NCBI RefSeq assembly: GCF_000150275.1
Contig: NW_002060946.1
Span: 96,678-160,677 of the forward strand
From: Trichoplax adhaerens
Taxonomy: Eukaryota > Animalia > Placozoa
Direction of reading: 5' to 3'
DNA length: 64,000 nucleotides
Shown one piece after another: positions 1 to 15,041 of this stretch. The notes under the pieces are model-generated. The model worked only from the letters and a program-made list of their open reading frames with translations, did no database searches and was not told where the DNA came from. A program made the translations under genes and the position numbers. Within the stretch, counting starts at the first letter, position 1, and the number at the start of each line of letters is the position of its first letter.

Positions 1-456
1 ACATTCCCTGGTAGTTTCTCTAAAACTGCCTGGCGCAACTACAACAGACAATATAAATGTTCAATTTAGGTATAGATAATTGCTTGATTAGTGCATTCAT
101 TACTATTTACCTCTTCTTGGCGGCGTTCTTCGTCTCGTCGAAATTCTTCTTGCTCAGGAGTTGGTTCTTGCGGTGGCTTCAATAACGGAATCGCGTAAAG
201 TAGACATTAATAACTCTATCTAATTGTTATCTGTCGATCGTGATAGTATTATACTGTATGTAACCTACTACCATTTCACCAATGTCAAACTGAAGTTGTA
301 TTAGCAAATCTCAATTAATTAATCATCATTATTCATCCAATGTTGCTAGTCATAAACCTCCGTAGTATGAATAACGATATAATTATGTCAAATGTTTATC
401 CTTACTTGAAAACTAAGATCCAATAGTTGTTCACCAGTAGTTTCGTCAGTACTCAT
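1..456 (-). CDS. 5' part of an unidentified spliced protein-coding gene (continues beyond window start)
   Basis: Three in-frame phase-0 exons with GT-AG boundaries: 456-406 (MSTDETTGEQLLDLSFQ, donor GTAAG), 176-111 (PPQEPTPEQEEFRRDEERRQEE, donor GTAAAT), 38-<1 (LRQAVLEKLPGN). No family recognised. Confidence 0.7.
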
Positions 457-2319
457 CTTGATATTTTAATGTTGCTATATTCAGAGAAGTTAACAACGAT
501 AATACAACGTCATCAACGATTATCATCGCCATTATTAGAAAGCCATTACAACCAAATTTACTAATAGGTTTAAAATTTGTTGCTTACACTACCAATCAAC
601 TACTACTACTATTGTCTATATTTTAGTCGATTACACAATATCTGTTTGCAAAGCATTTCAACTAACACCAATAGAAAAAAGTACTGTATAGCTTCACATT
701 GTAATGATTTTATTGCTTCGATATTCATATTTTTACTCTGCAATTTAGTCTTGTAGCACAATATATTCAATTTCAAATAGATCTATTGTTCAAGTACATC
801 TACTATAAAAGATCTTCACTGTAATCATAATCAATTTACGTACAGTAGCATCCCAAGGCAACAGCTGATTGTACGTATTATTTCCAGTGACAATAATTAC
901 AAGAAGAGACAAAAGGTGGTCCAAACTAATAGCTGGTTTATATTAGTATTATGTAAAAATGGAATAGAACATGACTTTGCCACTTGATTCAATTTCGATT
1001 TTCATTACATACAATTATGAATATTATTTTTAATTATTACTTTGACTATATTTTACAAATTTAGAGAGGGACCAGTCGCGGGATATTTTATAAGATGGTA
1101 GAGAGGAATTATACTCTAGACAACTCACGAAAGATTTTAATCCGTATTATTAAAGCGCTATTTTTTTTAACCCTTACGCTTTAAGTTGGCACATAACAGG
1201 CGAGTAATAAATAAATAATAACCATAGTTACAGTAATTCTTCGAATAAATAGATAAGGGATAGAAGGATATCAAACAATAAAATTACTTCTGCAATGATA
1301 AAATTATGATGTATACCGCTGTATAGGTATACTTATATCATCATTATATGTGCATCATCGTTATTTCAGTCATTTGCAAACTTACAGCATTCGAATGTAT
1401 GTTTAAACTCGTAGGAAGTAAAAAGATGAAAGCATTTGGCAATAATCACTTCTTCAATGGCAATGATGTATTACACTGTCTATATATCTATATCGTAATG
1501 ATATGTGCATTCCTTGCTATGATTCAGATGAAGCTAATTCATTTATTGCGCAAATGATTCATCCAGTAGTCTTTACTACTGTCACTCTTCTGTGGGGATG
1601 AATATTACGGTACAATCGTATCATGTACTGTTGCATGAAGAAGAGGATCAAGCTCAATTTATCTACGATTCTAGAAAATTGGACAAACAGGATGTTATCA
1701 TCATGTTGTCTTATTAGTATCAGCTTGAACTATATTGCAATCTAAAATAGTATAAGTACCAACATTCTACCTTTATGACACAACGATTGATCATTTTCAA
1801 TTTTTATAATAACTATTCACGAAAGAGGAATTAATTGAATAAATCTAAACAAATAAAAGAGCACAGGTAACTTTCTAGTACAACATTGTCCTTTCAAATG
1901 TATAGAATTTTCTATTCTTATCACGTCATACTCTAAGTTTCAATCATAAGATGCCATCCAATTCCAATGTCAATAAATCAGTGCAATTCTTGCAAAATTG
2001 AAGGGTAAAACTTATAAAATCTGTATTCATCTATTAGTCAATGATAGATAAGACAGGTGGTATACTCAATTCATCTTCTTTCTTCCAATTTTGTCATTAT
2101 CATACTGTCTACTGTATGCAGTATCTTACAAAAGTACCAATAGTCATAAGATGCATATTAGCTGAACAAGCCATAACAACCAGTAAGACTATTGCATCGA
2201 CGAATTGAAGTAACATTGTTGACAGAAATGATGGTGAAGATAGCAACTTACCAAAATGGAGAAGGGCATTGGACGAGTCCAACTTGCAAACAACTTGATT
2301 CAGTGTGGCGCCAAATACA

Positions 2320-2970
2320 CTACTGTACTCTACTGACTACAGTAGTAGACTCGATTGCTCGACGATGGACTAGACTGATGCGAGCAGTCTTGATGAATTT
2401 AATACCAATCCAATCATCGTCTTCAGCCAGACAAGTCTGGCTGGACGATGGCTACAATCTACTGTACTGCACAGTACTGTACACTGTACAGTACTGTAGA
2501 TCACGTGGCCTGACATGACCGTACTGTAGTCTGTCCAGTGTAAGGTACTAGCACCACTCCACTGTACTGTACAGTGTACAGTGTACAGTACAGTACGTCA
2601 TAAAAAGAATAAAAAGAATAGTGTACTGTACAGTACAGGGTGTCTCATAAGTATTTCCCACTGTTTGAAATTATATGACATTATAATTTCAAGTCCTTAT
2701 TAGACAAATTTTGTATCATTTTGTTGCTCAAGATACTGTTTGGTAAGGTATCTTATAGGGAGGAATACAACTACAATATTTGTACGCCATAAAAAGAAAG
2801 AATAGTGTATTCACTGTTGCTCAAGATACTGTTTGGTAAGGTATCTTATAGGAGGAATGCAACTACAGTACATTTGTACGTCATTCCAAGAATAGATTTC
2901 CGTACTGTACTGTACAGTACAGTAATACGATACGGTACTGTGTACTGTACACTACAGTACATTGTACAGT
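2320..2970. repeat. TACAGT/ACTGTA/TGTACAG low-complexity cluster
   Basis: Dense runs such as actgtactgcacagtactgtacactgtacagtactgta (2461-2498) and actgtactgtacagtgtacagtgtacagtacagtac (2561-2596). Confidence 0.8.
2721..2884 (+). repeat. Two imperfect tandem copies (~94-bp period)
   Basis: tgttgctcaagatactgtttggtaaggtatcttatagg...caactaca...tttgtacg occurs at ~2721 and ~2815. Confidence 0.85.
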
Positions 2971-5900
2971 CGCGGGTTTTCGACTCACTTTGCGCCTTTC
3001 TTGGGCAAAATGAGAAAGCAGCGCTCTAGCTCCTTTGCGCCATCTTCCTTGCTGCTCGCTTTTTAGAATCACAATAGTTTAATGACTCCACTTTGTGCTT
3101 CACTGAATTGGGAGTATACAACAGCAACGGTTACCCTACTTATCCTTCGTGATGACTGCCCGGAGTATGCAGAATGAAGAGTGCAACATTTCCTAGATCA
3201 TGTGTTTATCAGTGCAAGTACTGTATCTCCAAAGGAATTGCACGACAGCATCCATTTTCTTTGTTACTTTTACTTTATTATAAGGATTGGTTCTTTTGCC
3301 AAGGACTATCTGCATTTATCTCTCAAGCAAAAATAAAATCATTCCATGACGCACACCGGCCACTTGAATCGGGCTGTGAAGAATTGACAATATCATAATA
3401 TTATTATCCAAGCTTCAAACCATGAACAATTTTGACGTAGAACCACAAAATGCAGTTTTCTCGCGATATGGCATACTAGTTAAATACTGTGTACTACTTA
3501 CTACTAGACTACAACGTAGCCATGGCTGTTAATCCGTCATCACTACCATATGATTCACGTGCACTGATTTCAAAATACCGTAATGTTGTAAGAGTTGAGA
3601 GACCGCTCTGCTACGGCACAGCAGTAATTTTTTGTTATGCATTCGAGAGAAATGAATCAATGACATCAGCCAATTAATATCTAAGCAAGACGTAAAAAAA
3701 TACGTTATCAACTCAAGTATACTGTGTCATGGACTATTTGACCAGGTACACTATATCTTCGACATGTCTGCATTCCGTAAAGTACATAGAAACTTCTTTG
3801 AGAAGTAAACATCCTTAGAACTTCTGTGCAACTCTCCTAACACCTAGTAAATTAGTTGAAATATAAAAATTAGAAATGAACTACAGTATGAATATAAAAC
3901 TCTTTGCATAGATGACTGATTTACTTACATATACCCGTAGCATCTACATTGCATACTACTAGAGAAGCGATGAATTACAGCAGTATCGCGATTATTATTA
4001 CTGTGAACTGAAAGCGCCTTACAGTGCACCTTTTATTGGTGATAAAAGTAGGTGAAATTACTGTCCAGTGTGCAACAGGGCCGTGATGTACTTTTAGAGT
4101 TATGACGATGTTTGAAAGTGCAATATCCAATTAACAAACTTGTATATACTAATACCTGATCTAGGTAAATCCAGTATTGCCTCCAATAATTATTTATCCT
4201 CTCATCTAATTCAAGCGCATTCGAAACTGGATTGCTTGAAAATTATCCTATTACTCCCAAAGTTTCCTACAATGTTGATAAATTCTTATCCTATGAAATG
4301 GATGGAAACTTTTAGAAGTTTCCGTATTGCATTGCTATTTAAAACTATAGTGTAAAGTACTGTACTGCAGTACGTTCGTATATGTGAGAAATACTTGTAT
4401 AGGATAGATATATCGCTAGACCACGATAAGTACAGTAACTACTACCGATATCATATTATTCCATCAATTCATTCAGACATTGGCGTAACGATAAATACAC
4501 ATCATCATATACTCTTATAGGCTTATTATTTGAATTAATACTTTAGCAATCTGAAGTAAATGCAATATGGAAATCAAATATTGCATTGCTATCGAAAGCT
4601 ATAGACTTGTGAATTACAGTATCTACATATACAAATCTATGGTATTGAATCAATACTTTCGCATTCTGGAATAAATGTAGATGTACTTCATAAAATATAG
4701 TCTAGATTATCTGTAAGTAAACAGTAGGTGTATCACAATTAATACTCTGAGACAAGGAAACGTACAGTAAAAGTCTATAAGTAACTACTGACTTCAACGT
4801 TCTTTTACCAAACGTTAAACACACACAGCAAAGTACCGTAAAGATAGAATCTTTATTAGCATAGACACATTTACAACTTTTCACCACACAACCCAACTCC
4901 AATGTTCACGTTTATATAGAAACCGGCTAATCTGTAAACAACATTATTATTATACCTTACTAGGAGAGATATCTCGAACTGAGACGTTCCTTACAGAACT
5001 TTTATATAAGAAAATATTTTTCGTCTCTTACTCATACTAAATTTTGATCTAAGCATGTATGTTGTCTAGTTCAACTATCATTAGCTAGAACTATATTAGA
5101 ACCATAACTAAAGGCATCGAAGAGTAGTATAAATACCCCGGCGCTGCTAATTTAAAGGGAGGGCAGGCGTTACTAGAACCTGAATCATCTCACTACTATC
5201 TACACATAATAACAAATAATATCAAATATGTAATAAGCTATTACAAATAATATCCATGTTAAGGCACTACTTATCGTACCTAGTACTACAAATATGAATA
5301 TTTCCCATATTAGCTATTACCGCACTATTCAACTATCCTAACGGTAAGGTAACACCGCAACAAGATGCAGGGCTACGATATTATGAATATGCATCATCCA
5401 ATTACAAGTAATTATATCATTATTGCAACTTATAACTTTCACCAATGCCAATACATCCAATAACTCAAATCGTCAAAACGTATAAAACTGCTAAGAGAAC
5501 GCTTACAACAAGAGATCAATTTTGCCATCTTCGTGATGAATGATAATAATTATTAGTGACCCTTTGGATTTAAAAAATACTCAAGTACCATCTATTTTTT
5601 ATCATTTTTATAAATTGTCAATGTCACTCTAGCATTAGGAAATAAATCCAGATATAGCGAATGAAAAGCAGAAGTTATCAGTAATAATAGATGCCCCAGT
5701 TTAGCAACATCAATCCTTATAATACAGTTACAGTATTTTATTCATGCAACTTCAACAGCAACAACTTTAACTAGCAACAGCCGACAACCCTTCTAATTTG
5801 TACTTAATATTATAATGAAATTTCTCTTTCATTTCATTTTCGCACGGCAATGGAAAATAAATCCAACTGTAAGCATTGTTCGTGAAATGTTGAAATTATC

Positions 5901-8900
5901 AGTAACTACAGAAATACGAGACAGTAAATTAATCTGTATATCTGATTGTTATAGCTCAATAAATACAATTTTACAGATAATAAGCGACTCTTACTTTGAA
6001 AATTATTCAAATACTGCTTGTTCTCAACCAGTAGTACCCATGAAACGTAAAAATAAGACTAATTTTTCATTTCAAATTGGACAATTGGAAAAGGTTATAG
6101 TACAATATATAATCATTTATGTACATTGCATAGGAAATAATCAACGTATTAATCCATTACATAACCTGTACAAGTATACAGTGCACAGCTATCTCCAGCG
6201 TAATTTTCAGATTTATGAAATATGCTACTCGAGATAGTCGATTCTAATAGATGCAATAAGAAATTAGGCTGGCTCCAGGGCACCATAATTAATGAATAGA
6301 ACAACAAGCGATCATTAGTATGGCCTATAAGTGTTATGATTAGTTAAAGTTTAACGTATTATAAATAACAGTAACCTTTATCGACTCGGGAATTAAAGAA
6401 GTACTGTACAAATGGTAATTTATTGCACCTGCAGAAAGACGATTGCATAGATATTACAGCTAATTATTCTATTTATAAATTATACGAAAACCAGACTACA
6501 AGGCAACTTTATATTTTATCTCTAATGCAAGAAATGTCTAGAAGTTTGCGACAAAATATCTGTAATGGGAATAATTTTTCGTGCTTCATCTTTAATTAAA
6601 ATTAGTAGCAAAGACATCTACGTAAATTGAATTTCTTATTCTCAGGTAGTGACAACAGCAACCCAATATTATCACACTGTGTGACCTATCAGACGATTTA
6701 AAGTATATGATAATGGATCAAAAGGTAACTTTCTTCAATCTTGAATTCAAGAAATATCAGGTTTGTGAAAAAAATTTACGACAATGCAGTATTAAGTTAG
6801 TTATCTTGTTGAGATAGAGCAACCAATAAACAAAGTACGGGTAATTCTATAGTCAAAAATTATATTAATGTCAATAATATCCAGAGTAACTATAGTTGTT
6901 CAATTAGGGCAACATAAAGCTACAGATCTTCAAAAGCAATTCTTTTTCATGAATAAATTGTAACGTCAGTAATGAATATTATCAGAATTATTTCTTAAAT
7001 TAAGGTAAAGCAATAAATATGTTGAGCTTCTTTATCCACAAATTGCGACAAAATCAGTATTATAACATTATTTGAGTTACCCGCTAAACTAGATCAGTAT
7101 TGTAATAATTCAATACTATAATTTGCTATATAACTATAGCATAGCAAAAAAAGATCCTAACGAAACTTTATTCCATCTTAAATCTAATACATAGTCCCCG
7201 ATAACATCTGCACAAGATGTAAGAATAATCATACTATAAATTGTTTATATAATGTTATCACATTATACGAAGTGCTAGTTCGCTCAAAAGTATGAAATAG
7301 ACGACAAAGCAACTTTATTTTATTCTAGATCCCAAAATTTCCGTAATAAATATCGAAAACATAAATTTTATGAGAGACTTTATCTGAATGCATTCTAGTG
7401 TTATAGATTACAAGCAATTCCACACGATAGATTGTGATAGCATCTGTTATATGCCACAATTGCTCTGTAGCATAAGCCAACAAATAAAATTTCTAATAAC
7501 AGACAACAATGCAACTTTATTCACACCGAAATTAAAAAAATCATAGAGCTTTAAACACCAATTGGAGGAAATCTCTACATTTATTTATTCAAAATTTGAA
7601 CAATAGCAATCCACCCTTGAATTCTATCAAGTGCGTAGTACCACTCTAAATAATTCTATCATAATAATTTACATGGATCTGATTACACAATCTTATTCAA
7701 AAAGCAAATTGTTTCATTAAAAATATTATTTACCCAAAAGGTAGATATAAATCTTTCTTTATTTTTAATTATAATTATCAATTGATCCAAACTACATTTA
7801 ACCGGTATTTCATTTAATTACTCATATCCACATTATATCGACTATGGTAATTAATGTAGTCTTAGAGATATTATCAATTATTTGGTGCGCAATTTATTAA
7901 ATATTGCCGATCCTAGATAGCATTGTGTAGCAATAATTGATTATAATACATAATACTGGTTTCTCAATTCTACAGTATTGGATGAACTAAAATTTTTAAC
8001 CAATCCGTCAAAGATATTAACTTTAAAATAATAACATCGGCTGCCCGATGTAAACATTAAAACTAATTGTTCTATACTCAATTAAACGGCTGAAACTATT
8101 TTATAAGCTTACAATTGAAACAAGAATACTAAGAAATAATTATATAAGTATCGATAGCCGTCACGCCCTAAAGATCAAGTACTGTATATTAGGAGCAAAA
8201 TATTCAATAATACCATATAGCCTAGAATTGTAGTGTTAACAATAGTTTTTACAGTAAGAAATGCCCAATTCGTGTTTTGCATTAATTTAATAAACTGAGA
8301 GACAATAATTCATATTAGATAGGTATTACCATTTATGAACACCTTATAAGAATAACTGAATATATTATTTACAGATCGTAATGAAACTTTATTTAAATTT
8401 ATGATATTACCTTTAAAACTTATTTACTTGATTTAAGTCAAGCTAGTTGCCTTATATATGATATTCTATGCTGAAAATTCTCCCTTATTCTACTAATCAT
8501 GTTTATTAATTGAGCATTAGATGATAATGTGATATCATTTTATATGATCAGCTATTTTAGAACTTACTTTCATACGTATGTATAGTAGCAGGTTAACCAA
8601 ACAGAAATTTAATTCAGCAACTTTTACAATTAAAAAAAGTATCAGTAGTTACGAGCATTACATCTCTACCATATCTCTATAAGGGGAATCATATTGATAA
8701 CTAGAAAGATGAAGTTGAAAGATGAATTTAAATAAGGAAACGATTGTATTTCAACACTTAAAAAAATTATTTATTTACAGTATTAGTCATAGATTAGTAT
8801 ATCAGAATTATGTTGTTCATAATCGAGATGCTATTCAATTTTTTTAATAGTATTAATTCATTTCTAGCATAATTGAATGCCTTTCAAGTTTTAAAAATTG

Positions 8901-11900
8901 ATAAAATTAAAACTGGAAGCTTTAAACACTCGAATTTAAGGTATTTCTTACAAGACTATAATACAATTAACAATGTAGCATTGTAGCAAATAGAAGTAAA
9001 CATGTTGTAAAAGATGATAACTGTCATCCTTTGTAATATTATAATTTAATTATAGAAGCCACATCATTTTATATCATTCATTATCCAATTTAATGAAACT
9101 TTAGATTTAATGTTTTAAAATTGAATCACATTGAGCTACTTAATTGACTGACATAGAATGTGTTTACTTTGCCATTTTTATAGACTTTTACTGTATAGTT
9201 TTTGAATAAATTATAGTTAGTAGATAAAAATTATACAGTAATTCAACATTTAATATCCGTAAGTTAACATCAACGTTAAATCGACTACAAGCTACTCCGT
9301 GCTATTAATTCTTACATCTACCCTACCTTAGTTTATATTCTACAACAGCAGCTAGTATATCGGAAAATAATAGCCTAAATTTATTCTAGCATAGCATCGG
9401 TAATATGTGTATCTCTAATTTAATAGCGCAGAGTACCTATAAACAATCACAGTTTAAAAGGCCATACGCGATCAATATTATAAAGCTGCAAGCTTAAAGG
9501 TAATTCTTAAAAGGGCATTATAACATAGCTAATTTGCTTGAATAATTAATGAACGATATAAGAAACAATAAATTTAATCCTTATTATAATAAAATCAAGA
9601 TCATTGTTATACAAAGCTGGCCTAACCTATCATTTAAAGCCTCCATATTCAGTCATTCTAATCCTGATATCATCAAATTTTGAATAGATTACGTCATTAT
9701 CATATTCAGTTCTAATTATTATATTTTTCGTATTGATTCTGGAAGCACTTTCTAATATATACATAGAATTTTCAGTTAAAGTGATCGAGATTTTATTGGG
9801 ATGTCGATATTTCTATTAATGAACTACCACACAAATCATTGTTTATCAGCCGATTTGACTTCAATCCCGATAGTCCGGAATATTAATCAAACAAAATTCT
9901 TTACTGCGTACTATTATCATACTTTTAAAACGTACAGTTATTATAATTAGCTAAAATAACCCCATTAAGTTCTATTCCAATATAATTTCTACAAGCCGGA
10001 AATATTACCGAACGCAAAAAATTTGACAAGATTAGAAGCTGAAGATGAACGAGTTTTTATTCCAGGTATACACTCATATCATCATGGTATAATTTAAATT
10101 TTGGTAACATGCCTATTTGTCGTCGGTACTTTATATTTATTAAATTTTCTACGAATTTAAGTAATAAGAAAAATTCGCAAATAACTAATAAAGAAAAATC
10201 CTGATTTTGATATCCAAGTGTCTATATTAGTTATTACAATTTACTTTGGCCTTGAACTATGTCTCTGTCTTTTGATGTGCGATTATTCCTATGCACAATA
10301 ATATAATAGAGATAATGTAGACAAAGCAAGCAGGTGGCAATTATTGTTTCTATACAATGTTAAGAATCAAATTGCAAGTCCCAAGTCTAAAATTATGAAT
10401 ATTACCATATACGTATATGCATAGTGATTAACATTAACTTTCAACGAGAATGTCAAAAATGATGAGAATAAGTTTTAAATGTACTTTTTAGGCAATTGAA
10501 GTTATCGGAATGTAACCGTACTCAGATAAAGACAATTTAGGTGCGAAACTAACTGTAAATTGTATTAATTCGGCAATACGTATACTCATTGAAAACTCAT
10601 CTATGGTATAGCCCATACGATCAAATAATAGTACCAAAATCGTCAACAATTTAATGCATTACTGAGCCAGTGGAAATGATGTAGCAAATGTAATACTTTA
10701 ACTGAAGAATACGTAAAATTGTGCATATGATCCATAATCTTTTATATAACCCTAAATTAATGCCAGGGCTATAAAAAGACATTAATATTACACATACCCC
10801 TTCCTTCTATATAATTTTAATGATTTCGCATCATTTATGTGTATAATAAATATTATGATAATTTATCATTTATATTGCAAAGAATTAGTCATCAAGCCTC
10901 GAATTCTTTTAGGGACAACAATAATTAATGTGAATACCGTAATTTCTGTCTTGATGACCAAGATTCAGCTAACCTGAATAATAATAATATTTAGCATTAA
11001 AAAACAGGTATTGTGGTATAAAATGAAACAGCACCAAGTAGCAGACCCTATTTTCATTCAGTAAATTGAATGCATATAAGACAATTTCAGTATCAATATC
11101 AATCTTTAATTATATCAAACATTTGTTATGATAACTTTTATTCTTATAAATATCAATCAATACATTAAAATAGCGATGATGTCTAGTCAGTTAATGCATT
11201 ACCTTTAATAGATGCCATCCTCATTTGTAAAGAGTATAGTGGCGACAAAGTCCATATAAGGATTTAAAAAGGATTGTTAGAGTTCAGATGGAGTCATAAT
11301 AGTCAACACAATAATTAAATAAGTCTTCGTATTCCTCAGTTTCAGTTTCATTGTCATCTATTCTTTAATATTATATTTGAATATTCATGATCGCACACCT
11401 TCCCCTTCAAATATTCTTAATCAAATTTTAGCTCTAATTCTCTTCCAACGACATGTCGAAATTTAGGCAAATTTTTGAAGTTATTACAATTCTGCATGAT
11501 TGTATTCATTTTGTTCTTATTGGTATCATATTAGCTATTTCAATATTATCTTTAAAATGCTTATAAAAATTTTCGGGCGAAAAGAACTTTTTATATCTAA
11601 ATTACCCTATATGGCTTAGATAATTTAATCAGACTCAATTTCTTTTTAAATATCAATTTCGATACTGCATATAATGTAGTCAATTGTATCAGGAATAATA
11701 AGTAGAGCACTATTCGTCATTCTCTCCTCAGAATAACTTAACAAAGAATAGGGAATTATTTGTCCTTGAACTCAGCTTCTACCCACGCTACAACAGAAAG
11801 TTTATGCCTTTAATTTTTATAAGAAACAGTACAAATCTTAGATGATACTTTGATAGATCAAATTTTATAAAATTTATGTTGTATGTAAAATTATTGGGTA

Positions 11901-14900
11901 AAAGAGAAGAATCCAATCAACCTCAGATTAATATTCATAAAGTACCACCAAACACCCATTCTTTCAAATATATATGTCGCCATGATTCCGTTTAAGTTCT
12001 TAATCTGAAACTTATTGGTAAGCATTCCTATAATTTCATAATAAGTTAACCGTACTGAGGCAGTCATGTTTAGTATTAAAATATTAATATGGCCATAAAA
12101 GATGAAAATCATTAATAACGAGTAGGTTCGGCGTCAGAAATATCAAGCAAAACTAACTGCTAAAATTCATTCACGTCTATATACCAAACTGAATTGTATA
12201 ATATATTTCGTAATATTAATTACTTCCACAACGTAATATATATTTAAGGGAAGTCAAACTATTTCATTGCTAATGAACTGTACTCACTGCAAAATATGTT
12301 TATACCGTGTTGAATAAAATTTTTCCGATTAACTGCCTGATTAATAGTTTAATTTAAGAAAGACTTAGCAACAATAAGACTTGTTAGTTTGCGCCTTACT
12401 CTGGCACACTATGCCTATGCCGAATAGGTGCTAATTTATATGTCTATAATAAAACGATATAACATCTGTTTCATTAAATGATCTGCAGTGTAATATAAGC
12501 AAAATATATTAGTTAGTGATATTACATAACATCAATTAAGTTGCGTTATTTATATAAAAATAAAACGCAAATAAGAATAAAAAAGTACCTTGCCTTTCCT
12601 CATTAAAATTAATCAACTTTCTACAGTAGCTTTCAATTCCTGTTTAGCTTACGGGCGGTATTTGACTGGATTCCTGCAGGCACACATTGTCATAGATAGT
12701 AAAGTTGGATGCTATGTCAAGATATAGCCCAGTCATTGTTTTAGAAATCTAAAATAAAAAAGGACTAGCAATACTACTGACTGTAACAAGAGTAGATACA
12801 AATCAAACAAAGCAAAACTAAAATAATATTCTATCTTTATCAGCTTCCAATCCATGTAAAAATCTATATAGCTTCGACAATTGGAATAGCAATAAATCGC
12901 AATCTGACGTATGGTATCAAGTACATATTGCTCATCTTCGGTCGTTATTGCTCGAATTGAACAATACGACAGATAACGAAATTGTTGCTTTTCTTGTCCG
13001 ATTTTACATATACATATTCATATTCCCATAATAAAAGCTATGTAGCAATGACTTCAGAATACGTATAAGTTAGAACATTGATAATATGTCATACCACCCA
13101 GAATAAACTAGTAATTTTGTAAGTGTATGCAATATATAATTTTCTAAATCTATCCTTCGTAGATTGTCAATCAAACAGTACACATATGAAATACAAGGCC
13201 TAATAATTGCTTTTTCTGTCAATCAATTATAAATACCTACTAGTCAAATTACCTAGCCCAAGCATAATAATAATTAATTTTTTATATATAATAATATTTC
13301 TTTACTAAATAAACAATATAACATGTTGTTAGCTCTGTTTATCGACGATATGTATACAAGTAATATACTTTACATAGCTATTCATTATTAACAAAAGTTT
13401 AGATATTCCGTAATCAAAGAAAGAATTGATTGCAGAGTCTAAAATGACTCATACTATTGTGCTAGCATGCATACCAGCAATCACAGCTAATAATTAAAAT
13501 TGGTAAGCCCTTACTTTGATTTTTATATAATTTCTATACATAATTTTTATTTTAGCCAGTTAACGACAAGATGAGAGAGTAGTAAAGTAGTAAAAAGGAA
13601 AGTGCAGCTATGGACGTATGAAATGCAGAAATAGTAATAATTCTAGTTGCAATTATTATCAGTTTCATACTTACTGTCTTAATTTACTATCAATTTAAGA
13701 GGTCAATTGTAACAATCATTTAATATCTTTTTAATCGATTTCTACACATGCTTGCCCCCTATCATCAATTCGTGTATCAATACAAAGATCCATATGGTGG
13801 ATGAAAACTTTCTCGATATCAAACAGTAAGATTCTCTAAATATACAAATGAAATTACCATAAAACAGTTTCATACGACAGTATTCGCTCTTTGCATACTT
13901 AGCTATATCAGGGCTTATCCATTTATCACGCTATCTTAATACTGTAAAATATCAAAAAAGTAAAAAGAATCTAAATGGAGAGTGCAGTCTGGTTATATTA
14001 TAAGATTATTAAGTATTTTATGATCAATAGAGAAATCTAAGCATTTTAATATCAACAAAAGACAGCCATTATATTGATTATGATGTATTGCTAATGATTT
14101 CTTCATTATTGAAATGGTCTTCAATACTATTGGAATTAACTTTGATAAATAATATTATATTTTATATGTCGTGTTACAGCAAGTTTGAGATGCATCTAGT
14201 ACAGTAAATTAGCATATGTGCATAAATATTACTACATCCAGATGCGGTAGATGAGAAGTATAAAGACCTATGTATGTATATATACACTACAGCAATTCAA
14301 TTAAACCGCTAACTAAATAGCTCTACTTTTGTTGTTGATTGTTTTTCATTAACAATCACATATCAATCGAGCAAGTTGTGCGTGGTGTTTTATCTAGTAA
14401 AAATGCTAAGATGTCAAGTCTAACTTGAAATGTAAAGTAGAAATAAAGCATTGACATTTTATTGGAAATTATATTTCGTTATAATTAAAATAAATCAACT
14501 TGAAAGCCAGCCCATCTAAGTGACCAACAATAATAAATTCACTTTTTCAACTGACTGTTATCATATTAATTAATGTTATTGATTATCAATTATAATCAAA
14601 TTGTATACGTCAAATAAAGTCTAAAAGATTTGACAATTCCATAGAGTGATTCAGTCTCTATTATAATAGTCTATTTGTCTTATGGCAGTGTATCTTCTCT
14701 TTATTTTTAATTATACAATTACATAATTAAATTGCAATATTTCTTATCGTTCTATTCTATTTACAGATATAAATAATGCAATCTTAAATTAAGTCATCAA
14801 CTGTAGTACTGAATAGAAAGAGCGCACGAATAAGTTCCCGTAGTAAAGCGGAAAACTCTTTAAAAGTAGTTGCTCCGGTTCAAACTTGCTCAATATTCAT

Positions 14901-15041
14901 TAGAACCATTTATGGTAAACATTCTTCCTTTTCTCTTGTTCTATCAATCAGTTCTATTTATTCAAATTAATTCATATTTTATACTACATAATTTTTACAG
15001 TTTTAACTTATTTTAACGAGCGAAAATAATTTAAGGAGAGA

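Noticed and set aside
2192-3072. ORFs rich in Y/C/T/V
   Set aside because: Produced by the TACAGT low-complexity cluster.
5815-6237. 140-aa ORF
   Set aside because: I/N/Y/K-biased composition typical of AT-rich non-coding DNA; no motif or exon context.
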